Shown here: positions 1 to 12,966 of the stretch, in pieces
Layout: each line of letters opens with the position of its first letter
Position numbering within the stretch: the first letter of the stretch is position 1
Notes under the pieces: model-generated
Seen by the model: the letters and a program-made list of their open reading frames with translations, nothing else
Databases searched by the model: none
What the model was told of the DNA's origin: nothing
NCBI GenBank assembly: GCA_951406725.2
Contig: OX597817.1
Location: 167,152,001 to 167,216,000, forward strand
Direction: 5' to 3'
Source of the DNA: Octopus vulgaris
Lineage: Eukaryota
Length of the DNA stretch: 64,000 nt
Program-made: the position numbers and the translations under genes

Positions 1-348
<348 letters not shown>

Positions 349-609
349 CAACCTCTCTCGCTATCTCTTTCACTCTCTTTGAATGTGAGTGAACGCATGT
401 GTGAGTATATTTGTGTGTGTATTAGTTTTCAGTATACTTAAAAGTAGTAATCTAGAAATGACTTCGAGTACTATATGTATTGAGTCATTCCATAAATGTT
501 GTGGGTTTATTTCAATTGCATGAACTAAAAGTCAAAGGTGGGTTGGATAAACTACCTACATCAACTTGTTATAAAAGCAGATAGTAAGTTTACCATGTGC
601 ACCCTTAGT

Positions 610-1300
610 GCAGAATATGAAGATAAAATGGTGAAACCGTATAGCATATTATCAGTCAATATAAGCTACTAGCCCAGAAAGAATTTAAGAGACTATCATG
701 ACAATGTAGCTAGGATTGTCCATTGGACTCTTTGCAAAAAGTATGAACTTAACAGGGCAAAGTAGTTCGAATATAAACCCGAAGACATCATCGAAAATGA
801 TAATTCAAAGATCCTATGGGATTATATGATTCAGTGCGACCATGAGATAGAGAACAGGAGGCCAAACATAGTATTAATTGAGAACGAAAGCAAACGATGC
901 TGGATCATAGATATAGCATGCCCAGCTGACAACAAGGTATGCGATAAGGAAGAAAGAAAAGTTGATAGATATGACAGGTTAACTTGTGAGGTTAAGCAGT
1001 TGTGGTCACTGAAAAAGGTGGTAGTAGTACCAATAATTGTCGGAGCCCTGGGAACAGTGATTAAAATTTTGAGAAGTACATGGAACAAATAGGGGCTGCA
1101 ATAAGGGTCGAGCACTTGCAGAAAACAGCACTGCTTGGAACCATTCCAATACTCCAGATGTGCTCGAAAAATAAGTGTTGTTACTTTAGTTCACTGGTAG
1201 TGAACAGCTGGCACCATAGTACATTTCCAGCGTTAGAAGCTGTGCAAAGACAACAACAACAACAACAATAATAATAATATTAATAGTAATAATAATAATG

Positions 1301-1360
<60 letters not shown>

Positions 1361-1380
1361 GCAACTACAACAGCAGCAAC
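610..1380 (+). mobile_element. R4/Dong-clade non-LTR retrotransposon 3' fragment (RLE endonuclease) with (CAA)/(TAA)n tail
   Basis: HDNVARIVHW, RPNIV..IIDIACP, VVPIIVGALG, LQKTALLGT motifs; frameshifted. Confidence 0.85.
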
Positions 1381-1385
1381 TTTAC

Positions 1386-1508
1386 CTTGATTTTTACACT
1401 AGCAGCATTTTCGTAACCCACCCACTGGTCTCCACCGTAGGCGTATGGTACCTCCTGGTCATCAATCCACAGACTCTTCCAGCCTCGTTCGCGGATATTT
1501 TCACAGAC
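1386..1508 (-). CDS. GH18 chitinase coding exon 8 (VCENIRERGWKSLWIDDQEVPYAYGGDQWVGYENAASVKIK); gene continues beyond window start
   Basis: VPYAY..DQWVGY motif of the chitinase insertion domain; ctcag acceptor, gtaaag donor; 123 bp. Confidence 0.96.
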
Positions 1509-1660
1509 CTGAGAACAAGAATATTAACAGAAATTATTTATCAACTTATAGTGTTGCTGTAATTGTCATTCTTATTATTATCATTATTTTCAATTTGTAA
1601 AATTTACCGTTCCGAACGATGAGTTCTCTGTTTGTTTAATGATGTTTTATAATATTTATT

Positions 1661-2072
1661 AATAGTTATCGCCATACTAATATGGCATTCTTAAAAATAA
1701 GAATAAAGCTGTCGCTGATTAGCTCCATGAAGCCATCGCCTCAAGCTAGCTACTTGACACACAAACTGCGTCCGTTATTAAACCTTCGAACAGGGGAGGT
1801 CAGCCGCTTCAACCTGCTAGTCCGACAGCTACAGACATGTTTCAGGGTTGTTGCCCCTTCTCAATGCAGCGTAGTCAGACCTGCAGGTGTCGCTACTGAC
1901 CGTCTCCGTTCGAAGATTCTATTTACCTAGTTACGGTGGAATACATCCACTTGTTTTCAATAATAGAAATATTAAAATTACTAGCTTGAGGCGATGGCTT
2001 CATGGAGCTAATCAGCAACAGCTTTATTCTTATTTTTAAGAATGCCATATTAGTATGGCGATAACTATTAAT
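1661..2072. repeat. Fold-back element, ~90-bp inverted arms around a hammerhead-containing spacer
   Basis: 1661-1749 is the near reverse complement of 1981-2069. Confidence 0.9.
1828..1870 (-). ncRNA. Minimal type I hammerhead ribozyme (U3-A8 variant)
   Basis: GCUGCA UUGAGAA GGGG-CAACAA-CCCU GAAACAUGUC UGUAGC: stems I/II close, palindromic stem III ACAUGU, GUC triplet. Confidence 0.8.
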
Positions 2073-2405
2073 TTCCAGAAACGCTGTCGTAATCTCTTTT
2101 AAAGAGACTTAGTAATTTTAATATTTCTATTATAATATTTATGTTCGTGTATTTGAGCCGACATTGAACTTTCGAACCATTGTCTCATCCGGAACTTCAA
2201 CGCTCTTATCCAAAAACTCACAGCTCGTTAAAGGAAACACATATTGATATGTACGTCATTCATACCAAGTTTTAGTAGCGGAAGAAATCCTGATCTGAAT
2301 TCCGTATTGTAATTAAGTTTTAGATTAATGTTATATTCTCTTATGTTTCTTATAATATATTTGTTTTGCAAGATTTTTGATGTGAAATCGTGTGTTGAAA
2401 CAGAT

Positions 2406-2825
2406 ATTGTTGTATTTCGGAATGGTCATTTTGCCAGTTTAGCCAATAAAAACACACGCACTATATATTTGGTGTTACTTTGCTTCAGCGTTATTCATTT
2501 TTTACATTCATCTTAATCTTATTTCGGGCAGTTCTTTCGTCACACTTCTGTGACCTCATCAGTGGTCCTTTGCTTTCTTCTTTCTTATTTGTGTGTCTCT
2601 CCTTACTAAAATGGCTGACCGTTATTAAGGAGACACACACAAATAAGAAAGAAGAAAGCAAAGGACCACTGATGAGGTCACAGAAGTGTGACGAAAGAAC
2701 TGACCGAAATAAGATTAAGATGAATGTAAAAAATGAATAACGCTGAAGCAAAGTAACACCAAATATATAGTGCGTATGTTTTTATTGGTTAAACTGGCAA
2801 AATGACAATTCCGAAATACAACAAT
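2406..2825. repeat. 200-bp-arm palindrome with 20-nt spacer, carrying CTGATGA-stem-GAAA
   Basis: 2406-2605 vs 2626-2825 near-perfect inverted repeat. Confidence 0.95.
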
Positions 2826-2995
2826 TTCTTATAATACTTTCTTTTATAAATGGTAGAAATTTAATTCGTTAGTAACTTATATCTGATTTATACTACCATT
2901 TCTGATATTGTTAGTTCACCCAAAGATGTATGCGTGGCCGTAGTTCTATGACTGAAACCAGCAAAAGATTTTTAAAATGGATAAAATTCTTATAC

Positions 2996-3181
2996 CTCGT
3001 AGAAAGAGAGAATTCCTTTTTCGCTGCTGTATCTCCCCATACGACCTCCTCCCTCAACGGGTGCAAACAGTCCGTGTATCGACGGGTTAGCTAATGTGAA
3101 ACTCATTCCATATGTAGGAATGCCTACAATAAGTTTGGATTTCGGAATTCCGACATCAAGCCAGTATCGGATTGACCAATC
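2996..3181 (-). CDS. GH18 chitinase coding exon 7 (DWSIRYWLDVGIPKSKLIVGIPTYGMSFTLANPSIHGLFAPVEGGGRMGRYSSEKGILSFYE)
   Basis: KLxxGIPxYGxSF and GxLxxYE motifs; tttag acceptor, gtataa donor; 186 bp, phases 0/0. Confidence 0.96.
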
Positions 3182-3271
3182 CTAAAAAATTAAATAGAAA
3201 AATAATATTTACGTTTACGAATTTGTGTTGCAAATATATACACATAAGCACACATGCGAAACAGATAGACA

Positions 3272-3321
<50 letters not shown>

Positions 3322-3439
3322 CACGCACACACACACGCATAAATACAGACGGAAAAGCATGTGCATATAAATATAAACATCTCAAAAGAACAGAATGGAC
3401 TAAGCGGAGCAGGAGCACACACGAGGACAGAAAGTGTCG

Positions 3440-4240
3440 CTGGGGTCGATGTAATCGACTTAATACCTATGTCTGTCCTTGTTTGTCCTCTCTGTGTTTA
3501 GCCCCTTGTGGGTAGTAAAGAAATAGGTATTTCGTCTGTCATTACGTTCTGAGTTCAAATTCCGCCGAGATGACTTTACCTTTCATCCTTTCGGGGTCGA
3601 TAAATTAAGTACCAGTTACGCACTGGGGTCGATGTAATCGACTTAATACCTATGTCTGTCCTTGTTTGTCCCCTCTGTGTTTAGCCCCTTGTGGGTAGTA
3701 AAGAAATAGGTATTTCGTCTGTCAATACGTTCTGAGTTCAAATTCCGCCGAGATTGACTTTACCTTTCATCCTTTCGAGGTCGATAAATTAAGTACCAGT
3801 TACGCACTGGGGTCGATGTAATCGACTTAATACCTATGTCTGTCCTTGTTTGTCCCCTCTGTGTTTAGCCCCTTGTGGGTAATAAAGAAATAGGTATTTC
3901 GTCTGTCATTACGTTCTGAGTTCAAATTCCGCCGAGATGACTTTACCTTTCATCCTTTCGGGGTCGATAAATTAAGTACCAGTTACGAACTGGGGTCGAT
4001 GTAATCGACTTAATACCTATGTCTGTCCTTGTTTGTCCCCTCTGTGTTTAGCCCCTTGTGGGTAATAAAGAAATAGGTATTTCGTCTGTCATTACGTTCT
4101 GAGTTCAAATTCCGCCGAGGTGACTTTGCCTTTTATCCTTTCGGGGTTGATAAATTAAGTGCCAGTTGGGTACTGGGATGGATCTAATCGACTAGCCCCC
4201 TCCCCCAAAATTTCGGACCTTGTGCCTAGAGTAGAAAAGA
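3440..4240 (+). mobile_element. Head-to-tail multimer (~183-bp unit, ~4 copies) of tRNA-derived SINE family A
   Basis: Repeated unit with GAGTTCAAATTCC B-box and CCTTTCATCCTTTCGGGGTCGATAAA core (resembles the Meta-type SINE domain). Confidence 0.85.
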
Positions 4241-4645
4241 ATATTATTTTTCATTAAGAGAAGGCAGGTTAGTCAGAAAATAATGCTTTTTATATTTGGA
4301 TTACCTTTGTGGCACACCTTTGTGTATACCATGAGTAAGTCAAAAAGTAATTCAAATGAAAACTGCATAAATTTCTGATTCACCCTCATATTATTATTGT
4401 TATTATTAAAGCGGCGATCTGAGAGAATCGTTAGCACGCCAGGCGAAATGCTTAGCAGAATTTCGTCTGCCGCTACGTTCTGAGTTCAAATTCCGCCGAG
4501 GTCCACTTTCCCTTTTGGAGTCGATAAATTAAGTACCAGTCAAGTACTGTAATCGATGTAACCGACTATCCCCACACCACGCCCACAAATTCCAGGTCTT
4601 GTGCCTATAATAGAAAGGATTACTATTACTATTATTCTCATCGCC

Positions 4646-4679
<34 letters not shown>

Positions 4680-4979
4680 AGAGGAGGAGGAGGGGTAGGA
4701 GGAGGAGGAGTTTTTAGTCTTCATGGTTCGAGAAATGCGGAATACATAAAGTGTTATTCGCTCTTGAAACAAAAATGACGTAAATTTTGGAGAAATTACT
4801 GTGAGGTATTAAAAGGTTGATAAAACTGCTCAAGGTTAACGAAAATGTCCAAGATAAAGAAGAATGGTCAATGGTAAACATGCAGGGAAGTCTTTAGAAT
4901 TAACGAGGATGCTCAACGTTGAGAATTTTTAGGTTGACTAACGTGTTTTAGGTTAATAAAGATGTTCAAGATTAAAAAA

Positions 4980-5783
4980 TCTTCTCTATATATAAACGGC
5001 AGTTTGTCTGTCTGTGTGTCTGTCAGGTTGTACCCTCACCCTGACCACGGCTTTCAACCGATTCTGATGAAACTTGACACACACATAGCCCAATGTCATA
5101 ATTCAAAACTAACGCAGCGAAAATTTTGAAAAGTCCCCCCAGTTCTGAAAAAAAACAAGATAAATTCGACATGGGTCGAGAATCTAAGAATCTTTTATAT
5201 GCAACACATTTTCTACAGACTGTCTAGGGGACGCAACTCGACCTTTTTAACTCTCGGAACACGTGGGGTAAGTATCCCAAAATGTATAAAAATGTACAAA
5301 AACGGTAAAAAAGCGGGCAGCAATGTGAGTGACAACAACGAAAAAGTCAAAAGTGACCAAACTGAACAAACAAATGGAAAAGGATTTTTTGGTGCACACG
5401 ACAAAAGCGGTTTATAATAAACCAAGAGTTTGCAAGTAGCGTCCGAGGACCCTTAGGGTACGTCAAAAATTTAAGGTAAAATGTTTGGGGTGGTAGTTAT
5501 AAAGAAAGTGTAAACGAAAAAAGTATTCGAATAACTTGCGGCTGCAGCAGCTATTAGCAGAAGTGGCGGTGTTGGGGGTAAAGTCTCGAATGTAATTTCT
5601 TCCTGGTAGGAATTGGTTGGGTTGAATTATCGATAGCTGTTTGATAGTTATTTGGGAGTGAAGAGAAGACATTGCAACCTACACATGCGCCTTCGTTCCC
5701 TAGAGGGAAAGGACTAGATTGGGATTAGTCGTTGCCTACTAGGGGCTCTTACATACCCGGGCAACGCCAGGCTATGCTGCTAG
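4980..5783 (+). mobile_element. Non-autonomous Helitron
   Basis: 5' TC, 3' CCCGGGCAACGCCAGG hairpin + CTAG, between A and T, no TSD. Confidence 0.85.
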
Positions 5784-6160
5784 TGTTATATAAGAAGACC
5801 GAAACAATGTTTACAGATCCCCGTGTTTCTATTTTCTAGAATGTTCCTATGTCAATCTTCACAGTTTTATAGATAAATTGTCAATTTTGTTGTATCTCAG
5901 AAAAATCATTTTGTCAGTAACAGACACACGCATTGGTTCTATTTCACTTCTTTATTTTCATTTGTCATTTGGTTAACGATTTAATCTACCGCTCAATCGA
6001 TTGTTCGATTAATCTTTCGGTCATCAAACACTTATCCATTCGCGAACTCACAGATCTGGAACAGAGAGAGCATGTTGGGGTCGACTAAAAAATCTCAACC
6101 TCTTTTCTCTCCAACGCCGCTGGGAACGCTACATCATTTGTGTGATGTGGAAAATATTCC

Positions 6161-6388
6161 TATTTCTTTATTACCCACAAGGGGCTAAAAACAGAGGGGA
6201 CAAACAAGGACAGACATAGGTATTAAGTCGATTACATCGACCCCAGTGCGTAACTGGTACTTAATTTATCGACCCCGAAAGAATGAAAGGCAAAGTCGAC
6301 CTCGGCGGAATTTGAACTCAGAACGTAACGCAGACGAAATACCGCTAAGCATTTCGCCCGGCGTGCTAACGTTTCTGCCAGCTCGCCA
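6161..6388 (-). mobile_element. SINE family A copy
   Basis: Family similarity; direct repeat TGGAAAATATTCC at 6148-6160 and 6395-6407. Confidence 0.85.
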
Positions 6389-7111
6389 TATTGATGGAAA
6401 ATATTCCATCAATATTGCACAAATGATGTTGGCATCAATTTTAAAATCCATCCAATACTTGGCTCCCGTGCTATCCGCCCACTACAAAAAATCGAACTCA
6501 GTACACATAGCAACATTACGTCACAATTACTTTACCTCAACCGGTCCAGCTGTCTTTAATACCATACAAAAATACGTCAAAACGGAAACGGAGCCCATAA
6601 AATTCAAATGTTGCGAATGGCGACAAAAGAACTTTCACAGATATAATTGATTGATTGACTTACCAAACGATTGATCAAACAATCGTTTAGTTGAATGATT
6701 AAATGATTAACTAATTGACACATGAAAAGAAAGTAGTGATCTAGATCCAGTGCGAATTTCTTTATTGACAGAATAACACACCCTAGACACAACAAAATCT
6801 GTTTCAACTCACAAGTTTACATCAAGAACCTTGCAAGCCAAATACAAAACTAAATTGACAGTATATTTTCGGAAAAGAGGTGTCAACCGTCTTAATACGC
6901 CATCAGAGGCTTATATTGTCGATAGAATTATATAGAGAGAAACAAAGAGATGTTCAAAATTAAAGGGAAGTAAAGTAAATACTGATAGTAATATAAATTG
7001 TTCTAACAGCAGAAATTATGAATCAGTTACACATCTTAAAATGGACTCCTCTAATCTGATAGCTTGTACAGAATATGATTTATGATATTCTGTGTTAAGG
7101 TAAATGTTTAC

Positions 7112-7340
7112 TTCTTAAAGGGCCCACAGCTTTTTAATATTCTCCCAAAGAATCTAAGGAACTTGCACAAAGTAGATGGAGGGGTTTTTTAAATCAAAGC
7201 TGGACCTCTTCCTGTCGAGAGTCCCAGATGAACCTACCTCACGGCAAGAGGTGCAAATGAGGGTAGCTATATCAAACTCCATGCTTCACCAAGGGCCACA
7301 TATTAGAGGCGGCTCTTAGTAATAACAGTGTAGCAAAACG
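7112..7340 (+). mobile_element. CR1-group (L2/Crack-like) LINE 3' fragment
   Basis: KGPQLFNILPKNLRN...FKSKLDLFLSRVPDEP across a frameshift; related remnant at ~6430-6620. Confidence 0.65.
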
Positions 7341-7398
7341 ACGGTGCATCAGCATGAAACTAGAGGGAAAAAAACGTTTTTTATTGTTGTTTTTTTAC

Positions 7399-7525
7399 CG
7401 TGTTCAGTTCACTCTTTTCCCCGGGTGGATCTTTGTGATGCCGCCACATTCCACTGTGATGTCCAGTTACTTTCTCCCACTGACCATGGTAGTTATAGGT
7501 CATCAGCAACATATAATCGACATAG
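7399..7525 (-). CDS. GH18 chitinase coding exon 6 (YVDYMLLMTYNYHGQWEKVTGHHSGMWRHHKDPPGEKSELNT)
   Basis: MTYx(F/Y)HGxW...TGHxS motif; tag acceptor, gtaaaa donor; phases 2/0. Confidence 0.95.
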
Positions 7526-7690
7526 CTAGAAATGACCAGTAAAAAACATTAAAGTGTTAAAACATCAATAAATATATAAATCATAAAACATGAAAATAAA
7601 TGAGATTTAAGTCTAAATATAGCAATTAAATCTAGTGTAGGAATCAACGTAAGATTTGTCAAAGAACACCTGCTTCTAACTAGGAGGAAG

Positions 7691-8067
7691 GAAGCACTCC
7701 GTCGGTTACGACGATGAGGGTTCCGGTTGATCCGAATCAACGGAACAGCCTGCTCGTGAAATTAACGTGTAAGTGGCTGAGCACTCCACAGACACGTGTA
7801 CCCTTAACGTAGTTCTCGGGGATATTCAGCGTGACACAGAGAGTGACAAGGCCGGCCCTTTGAAATACAGGTACAACAGAAACAGGAAGTAAGAGTGAGA
7901 GAAAGTTGTGGTGAAAGAGTACAGCAGGGATCACCACCATCCCGGAGCCTCGTGGAGCTTTAGGTGTTTTCGCTCAATAAACACTCACAACACCCGGTCT
8001 GGAAATCGAAACCGCGATCCTACGACCGCGAGTCCGCTGCCCTAACCACTGGGCCATTGCGCCTCCA
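7691..8067 (-). mobile_element. tRNA-derived SINE family C (tRNA-Arg-like head); other copies 46191-46576, 60070-60484, partial 50125-50293
   Basis: GGCGCAATGGCCCAGTGG A-box and GGTTTCGATT B-box on minus; 12-bp TSD TGCTTCTAACTA. Confidence 0.85.
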
Positions 8068-8194
8068 TGCTTCTAACTAATAGTTACGCGAAAGAGAATT
8101 TGAAGGGGAGAATCAACATAGACTTCATTTGCAATATAATTCGTGTAACTATTTTGTATTTATGCATTGACACCACTTAAAAAATATAGATATA

Positions 8195-9046
8195 CTAGTT
8201 TAAGGTGGCCCGCTCTACGCGCGGGTGAGGGTGTGGTTGTTACTTTCTGTTGCTTCCTTTCTGTTTCTTATCCCCACGTTCTCCCTCTTTGTTTCTCTCT
8301 CCTTTCTCTCTCACTTTCTCACTCCCTTACTCTTCCTTTCTCTCGGACTCTCCCTTGCTTTCTATCTTTCTCTCTATTTTTCTCGATCTATCTATCTATC
8401 TCCCATTTATAAAAAAACAAAAGATCTTGAGTAAGATGAGAAAGAAAAAAATATTTTGAAAGATCAATCATAAATATCAGGCAGTGACAACGGAAAGCAC
8501 ACTTGCCTTTTGTACGCGCCACTATTTGAGCGATTAAAAATGAGGAAAAAAAGGATTTAGAACTTATTTTGGGAATTTTTGGATGATTGACCATGCAAAT
8601 GAAAGCTCTAAACACGAGCTACATGCAGCCGTAAATTTCTTTCAGAGAAAATGAAAACTGTAAGCAATAAAAACTAAAAGGCAAAAATACATAAAAATGA
8701 GAAATGTTTTCAACTTCAAAAATCTTGTCTTAATTTTCAAAATTTCAAACCTATTTTCCGCGCTTAAATTACAAATCAACTTCCACTTTACCATGTTGAA
8801 AATTTGATTGAAATCGGTCAAAAAGTGTCCAATCTAGACCTCCAAGTGTCCCCAAAAAATCAATAAAATCCCCGTTTTCACACCAAAGCAACCACTGTAG
8901 TGCCCCCAAAACGTCTCCCAATCAATTTCTCACCTCAAGTTACCCCCTCCTGTAAATTTTAATCCCCTTCCAGTCCCACTTAGACCCCTTTTTAATTAAA
9001 AATCCAATTTGTATCAACGTTCGCCTTCTTCATTTTATAGTTTAGA
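8195..9046 (-). mobile_element. Probable non-autonomous Helitron (second family)
   Basis: a|CTAG terminus with CCCGC..GCGGG hairpin; TC-type far end. Confidence 0.55.
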
Positions 9047-10277
9047 CAACTATCTACAAGTATATGGTGGGTGGATATTGTGGGTGGATATGAATTGTGG
9101 GTGGATATGAATATGCAATATTAGTTCGCCTCATTGTTAATTACAAAGTGGGAGCGCTAAGCGGTGATGTGTATAAATGCAATGTTTATAACAAGTTCGA
9201 ATATGTCAGTGGCATTTTCGTAAACAAGTTAGTCACAGCATTTTGTCTTGGAGAAAATTTCTCGCTGTAGACAAATGGTGTAAATTTCTCGCTGCTGACC
9301 AGCGGTCACCGAACTACGGCCCGCGAGGTCAGTTCATCTGGCCCTCCTCTGCACTGTATCTTTTGTGTAAGTACCTGCAATGAGCGTTAATTCCTGCAGC
9401 GATGGTGTTTTAACTTGCATTGCCGTGTGTAAATATTCTCTTCACGAGAATGTTTGCTGAAAATGAATTTGTCACTCGTACAAGTTACAAAATTGTGCAT
9501 AAGATGACTGAGCGAGGAAAACCAGTTATGAAATGGTTACATCCCATGTAAGCTTGAAGTGAATGATAATATTAATTTCAAATTCTGATACAAGGCCTGC
9601 AATTTTGGGAGAGGGGTAGTCGATTACATAGACCCCAGTGCTCAACTGCTTCTTATTTTTTATTGACCCCTCTAAGCATGAAAGACCAGTAATTTCAGGG
9701 GAGTGGTAAGTTGATTACATTGATCCTAGTGGTCAACTGGTACTTATTTTATCGACCCCAAAAGGATGAAGGACAAAGTCAACCTCGGCGGATTTGAAGT
9801 CAGAACGGGAAGACGGACGAAATGCCGCTAAGCAAAAGTGATTAGGAATATTAACAAGAAGTGTAACCTATCCTCGATTCCTGACCGCTACTTCATGTTA
9901 CAATTCAAACGCTAAGCTTTTGCATCCAAGAGTAACAGATAGCTACGAAATATCTAATGCACAAATACAACAGGGAAGTTCTTAAAAGCCGAATTATAGT
10001 TTATGCAATTCTTGTACTTGCAACAACATGTTGCAGTGTGAGGTAAGAATCGATGATATTTATTGTACAGCTGTTGATTAAATGCTATGTTATCCACAGA
10101 AGAATGACATAATTGACATTTGTATTGCATATTCGGCGTTTAAGAGCTTCACAATTCCGTCTGTTCATTTCTTGTAGGTCAAGCGAACACACTTTAAAGC
10201 TCCGGTGTTGGTTCGTGTGAAATAGAATTTGAAAGAGACAAAACATAGCTTAACACATGTCTAAACACACAGAGAAT

Positions 10278-10365
<88 letters not shown>

Positions 10366-10368
10366 ATA

Positions 10369-11136
10369 CGAGGGAGTGCTGAAAAGTTCCTGGCTTAAAG
10401 GTGTAGCGAAAGGCCTCGTTAAATAATAATAATAATAATTGTGTACAGTGCTCAGGTGCACTACAACTCATCTAAAGTGTATATATAATCAGGTGTAGTT
10501 TCAGCGGATTTCGGAAAGCATGAGGGCCTTAAAGGATGCAGTGTCATGGCAGTCAACAACTGACGCAGGCAGTTTATTCCATGCTTCAGCAACTCTGAGC
10601 GTGAAAAAATGTTTCCGAAAGTCGTGGGAGCTGTGTTGTTTTCTGACTTTGTAGGCATGTCCACGTGTGTTAGACACATGGAGATCAAAAAGGTGTTCAG
10701 TGTTGTTGTTGGTGAGGTGGTTGATAACTTTGTGGGTGTTTACCAAGTCCGTCGCCAGACGCCGGAGCTTCAGTGAATCCATGCCCAGGGAAACAAGGCG
10801 CTGAGAATATGGTAGGTGTCTGATGGAGGGTATGCGTTTGGTTGCACGTCTCTGGACAGATTCCAGGAGGTCAATGTTCTGAGCAAGATAGGGGTTCCAA
10901 ACTGATGATGCGAATTCCAAGTGTGGTCGTACCATAGCTGTATACAGTTTTAAATAGATGGCTGGAGAGCGGCTAACAAAAGCCTAATCTTCCAAGTTCT
11001 TTTACAGGGCTTAGAAAAACTGAAGGACCGCTGCAATAAGTGTGTGAATCTGAGAAGGGGAATATGTTGAACAAATTCATAATTAACTTCTCTATTTTCT
11101 TTTACCTAAAGCCAACAACTTTTCAGCACCCTTTCG
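10369..11136 (+). mobile_element. Deleted mariner element with TIRs, interrupted by a CR1
   Basis: TA|CGAGGGAGTGCTGAAAAGTT...AACTTTTCAGCACCCTTTCG|TA; transposase C-terminus GLEKLKDRCNKCVNLRGEYVE. Confidence 0.8.
10421..10985 (-). mobile_element. CR1-group LINE 3' end with (TTA)n tail
   Basis: VRPHLEFASSVWNP..LESVQRRATK..TRGH..FFTLRVAEAWNKLP. Confidence 0.92.
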
Positions 11137-11410
11137 TACAGGTTATAAACCGTACGTGTTTATATAGATGTGGAGCTGGCAGAAACGTTAGCACGCCGGG
11201 CGAAATTCGTCTGTCGTTACGTTCTGAGTTCAAATTCCGCCGAGGTCGACTTTGCCTTTCATCCTTTCGGGGTCGATAAATAAAGAACCAGTTTCGCACT
11301 GGGGTCGATGTAATCGACTTAATCCCTTTGTCTGTCCTTGTTTGTCCCCTCTATGTTTAGCCCCTTGTGGGTAGTAAAGAAATATATATAGATGTGAACA
11401 TAAATCTTAC

Positions 11411-11535
11411 TTGATAATTTTATGGGGTTCATAAGATTTGTTGATGTAGTATGATCCAGAAGCCGTAGCTAAAGTAAGCAGTAATTTTTCTTGTCCTGTC
11501 TTCTCTGCTTCAGATTCAAAGGCGGTATACAATCC
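11411..11535 (-). CDS. GH18 chitinase coding exon 5 (GLYTAFESEAEKTGQEKLLLTLATASGSYYINKSYEPHKII)
   Basis: Matches the GH18 segment after the catalytic strand; cag acceptor, gtaaga donor; phases 0/2. Confidence 0.93.
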
Positions 11536-11617
11536 CTGTAATAAGAATCAGACAAAAACTCTTAACGTGTGTGTGTGTGAAGTTGAAAATGCACAGAATA
11601 ATAGAAGATTCATATAG

Positions 11618-11682
<65 letters not shown>

Positions 11683-11781
11683 AAGTTAATCCAAACAAGA
11701 AAACACAGAAAAAAACACAGCAACGCGAGGACGTGGAACAATTAAAGTATTATTTGACGCTCAGGAAAGAAGGGAAGGAGG

Positions 11782-11816
11782 GTTTAACGTTTCGAGCGGA
11801 GCTCTTCGTCGGAAAC
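11782..11816 (-). ncRNA. Minimal hammerhead-like motif (CCGACGA core)
   Basis: GUUU CCGACGA A GAGC-UCC-GCUC GAAAC GUU AAAC. Confidence 0.6.
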
Positions 11817-11893
11817 AAGGAGAAGGAAAGATCCCGAGAAGGGAAGACAGAGGAAAAAAATATTTTTGCTGGTGGTGCTCAAGAGATCACATG

Positions 11894-11947
<54 letters not shown>

Positions 11948-11996
11948 TGTATATGTGATTGAGAAGCAAATACTCCTTGCCACAGGCTCATCCCTG

Positions 11997-12122
<126 letters not shown>

Positions 12123-12749
12123 AGGGATGACTCTGTGGCAAGGAGTATTTGCTTCTCAAGTACATGGTTTCGTGTGAAGTCCCACTGCGTGGAAGCTTAT
12201 GCATCTGTCTTCTGTGATAGCCTTGGGCCGAATAAGTTCTTGTAAGTGGAACTGATAGATGGAAATTGAAACAAACTCGCCACATATATGCGTATTTGTG
12301 TTTGGGTTTGTACCCCCATCACCGCTTGACGGCCGATGTTGCTTTGTTTACGTCCCTACAACTTAAAGGTTCGGTAAAAGAGACCAATACAATAAAGTAC
12401 TGGAGTTGATTTGTTGCAGTCCAGTGACTGAAAAAAACTAAAAGATTATATATATATATATTAATAGTAATGGTAAGACTACAAAAGAAGGAGTGAGACC
12501 GGGATATTATGTAAATATAGGAATTCATCTGTAATATAACATGTGACAATTATTCGGTTATATAGGGTTTAATCATGTTTTATTATGGAAACCGAATAAT
12601 TGTCACATATTAAATTACACACACACACACATGCATATATATATATATATATATATAGGGAGAGTTTACAAAGAAAAAACAAAAGACGAAGACAGGTGGT
12701 GTACGAAACAAACAGATGTATTAGTGTAACGCTCAGGAAGAGAGAAAGT

Positions 12750-12785
12750 CTTTTACGTTTCGAGCCTACGCTCTTCTAAAGAAAG
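12750..12785 (-). ncRNA. Degenerate hammerhead copy (G5 mutated) of the 52394 family
   Basis: CUUU CUUUAGA A GAGC-GUAG-GCUC GAAAC GUA AAAG. Confidence 0.5.
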
Positions 12786-12887
12786 GGACACAGAGAAAAC
12801 AAGGAGATAAAAAAATGTGTGAAATGGCTAACGATCTATCATGGCGACTATTGCCGGACATATATATATATATTTGCATGTATGTGT

Positions 12888-12966
<79 letters not shown>

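Noticed and set aside
2480-2751. Mirror-image 86-aa ORFs on both strands
   Set aside because: Artefact of the DNA palindrome; no protein motif
5060-5076. CTGATGAAAC in Helitron copies
   Set aside because: No room for stem II; part of the Helitron internal motif
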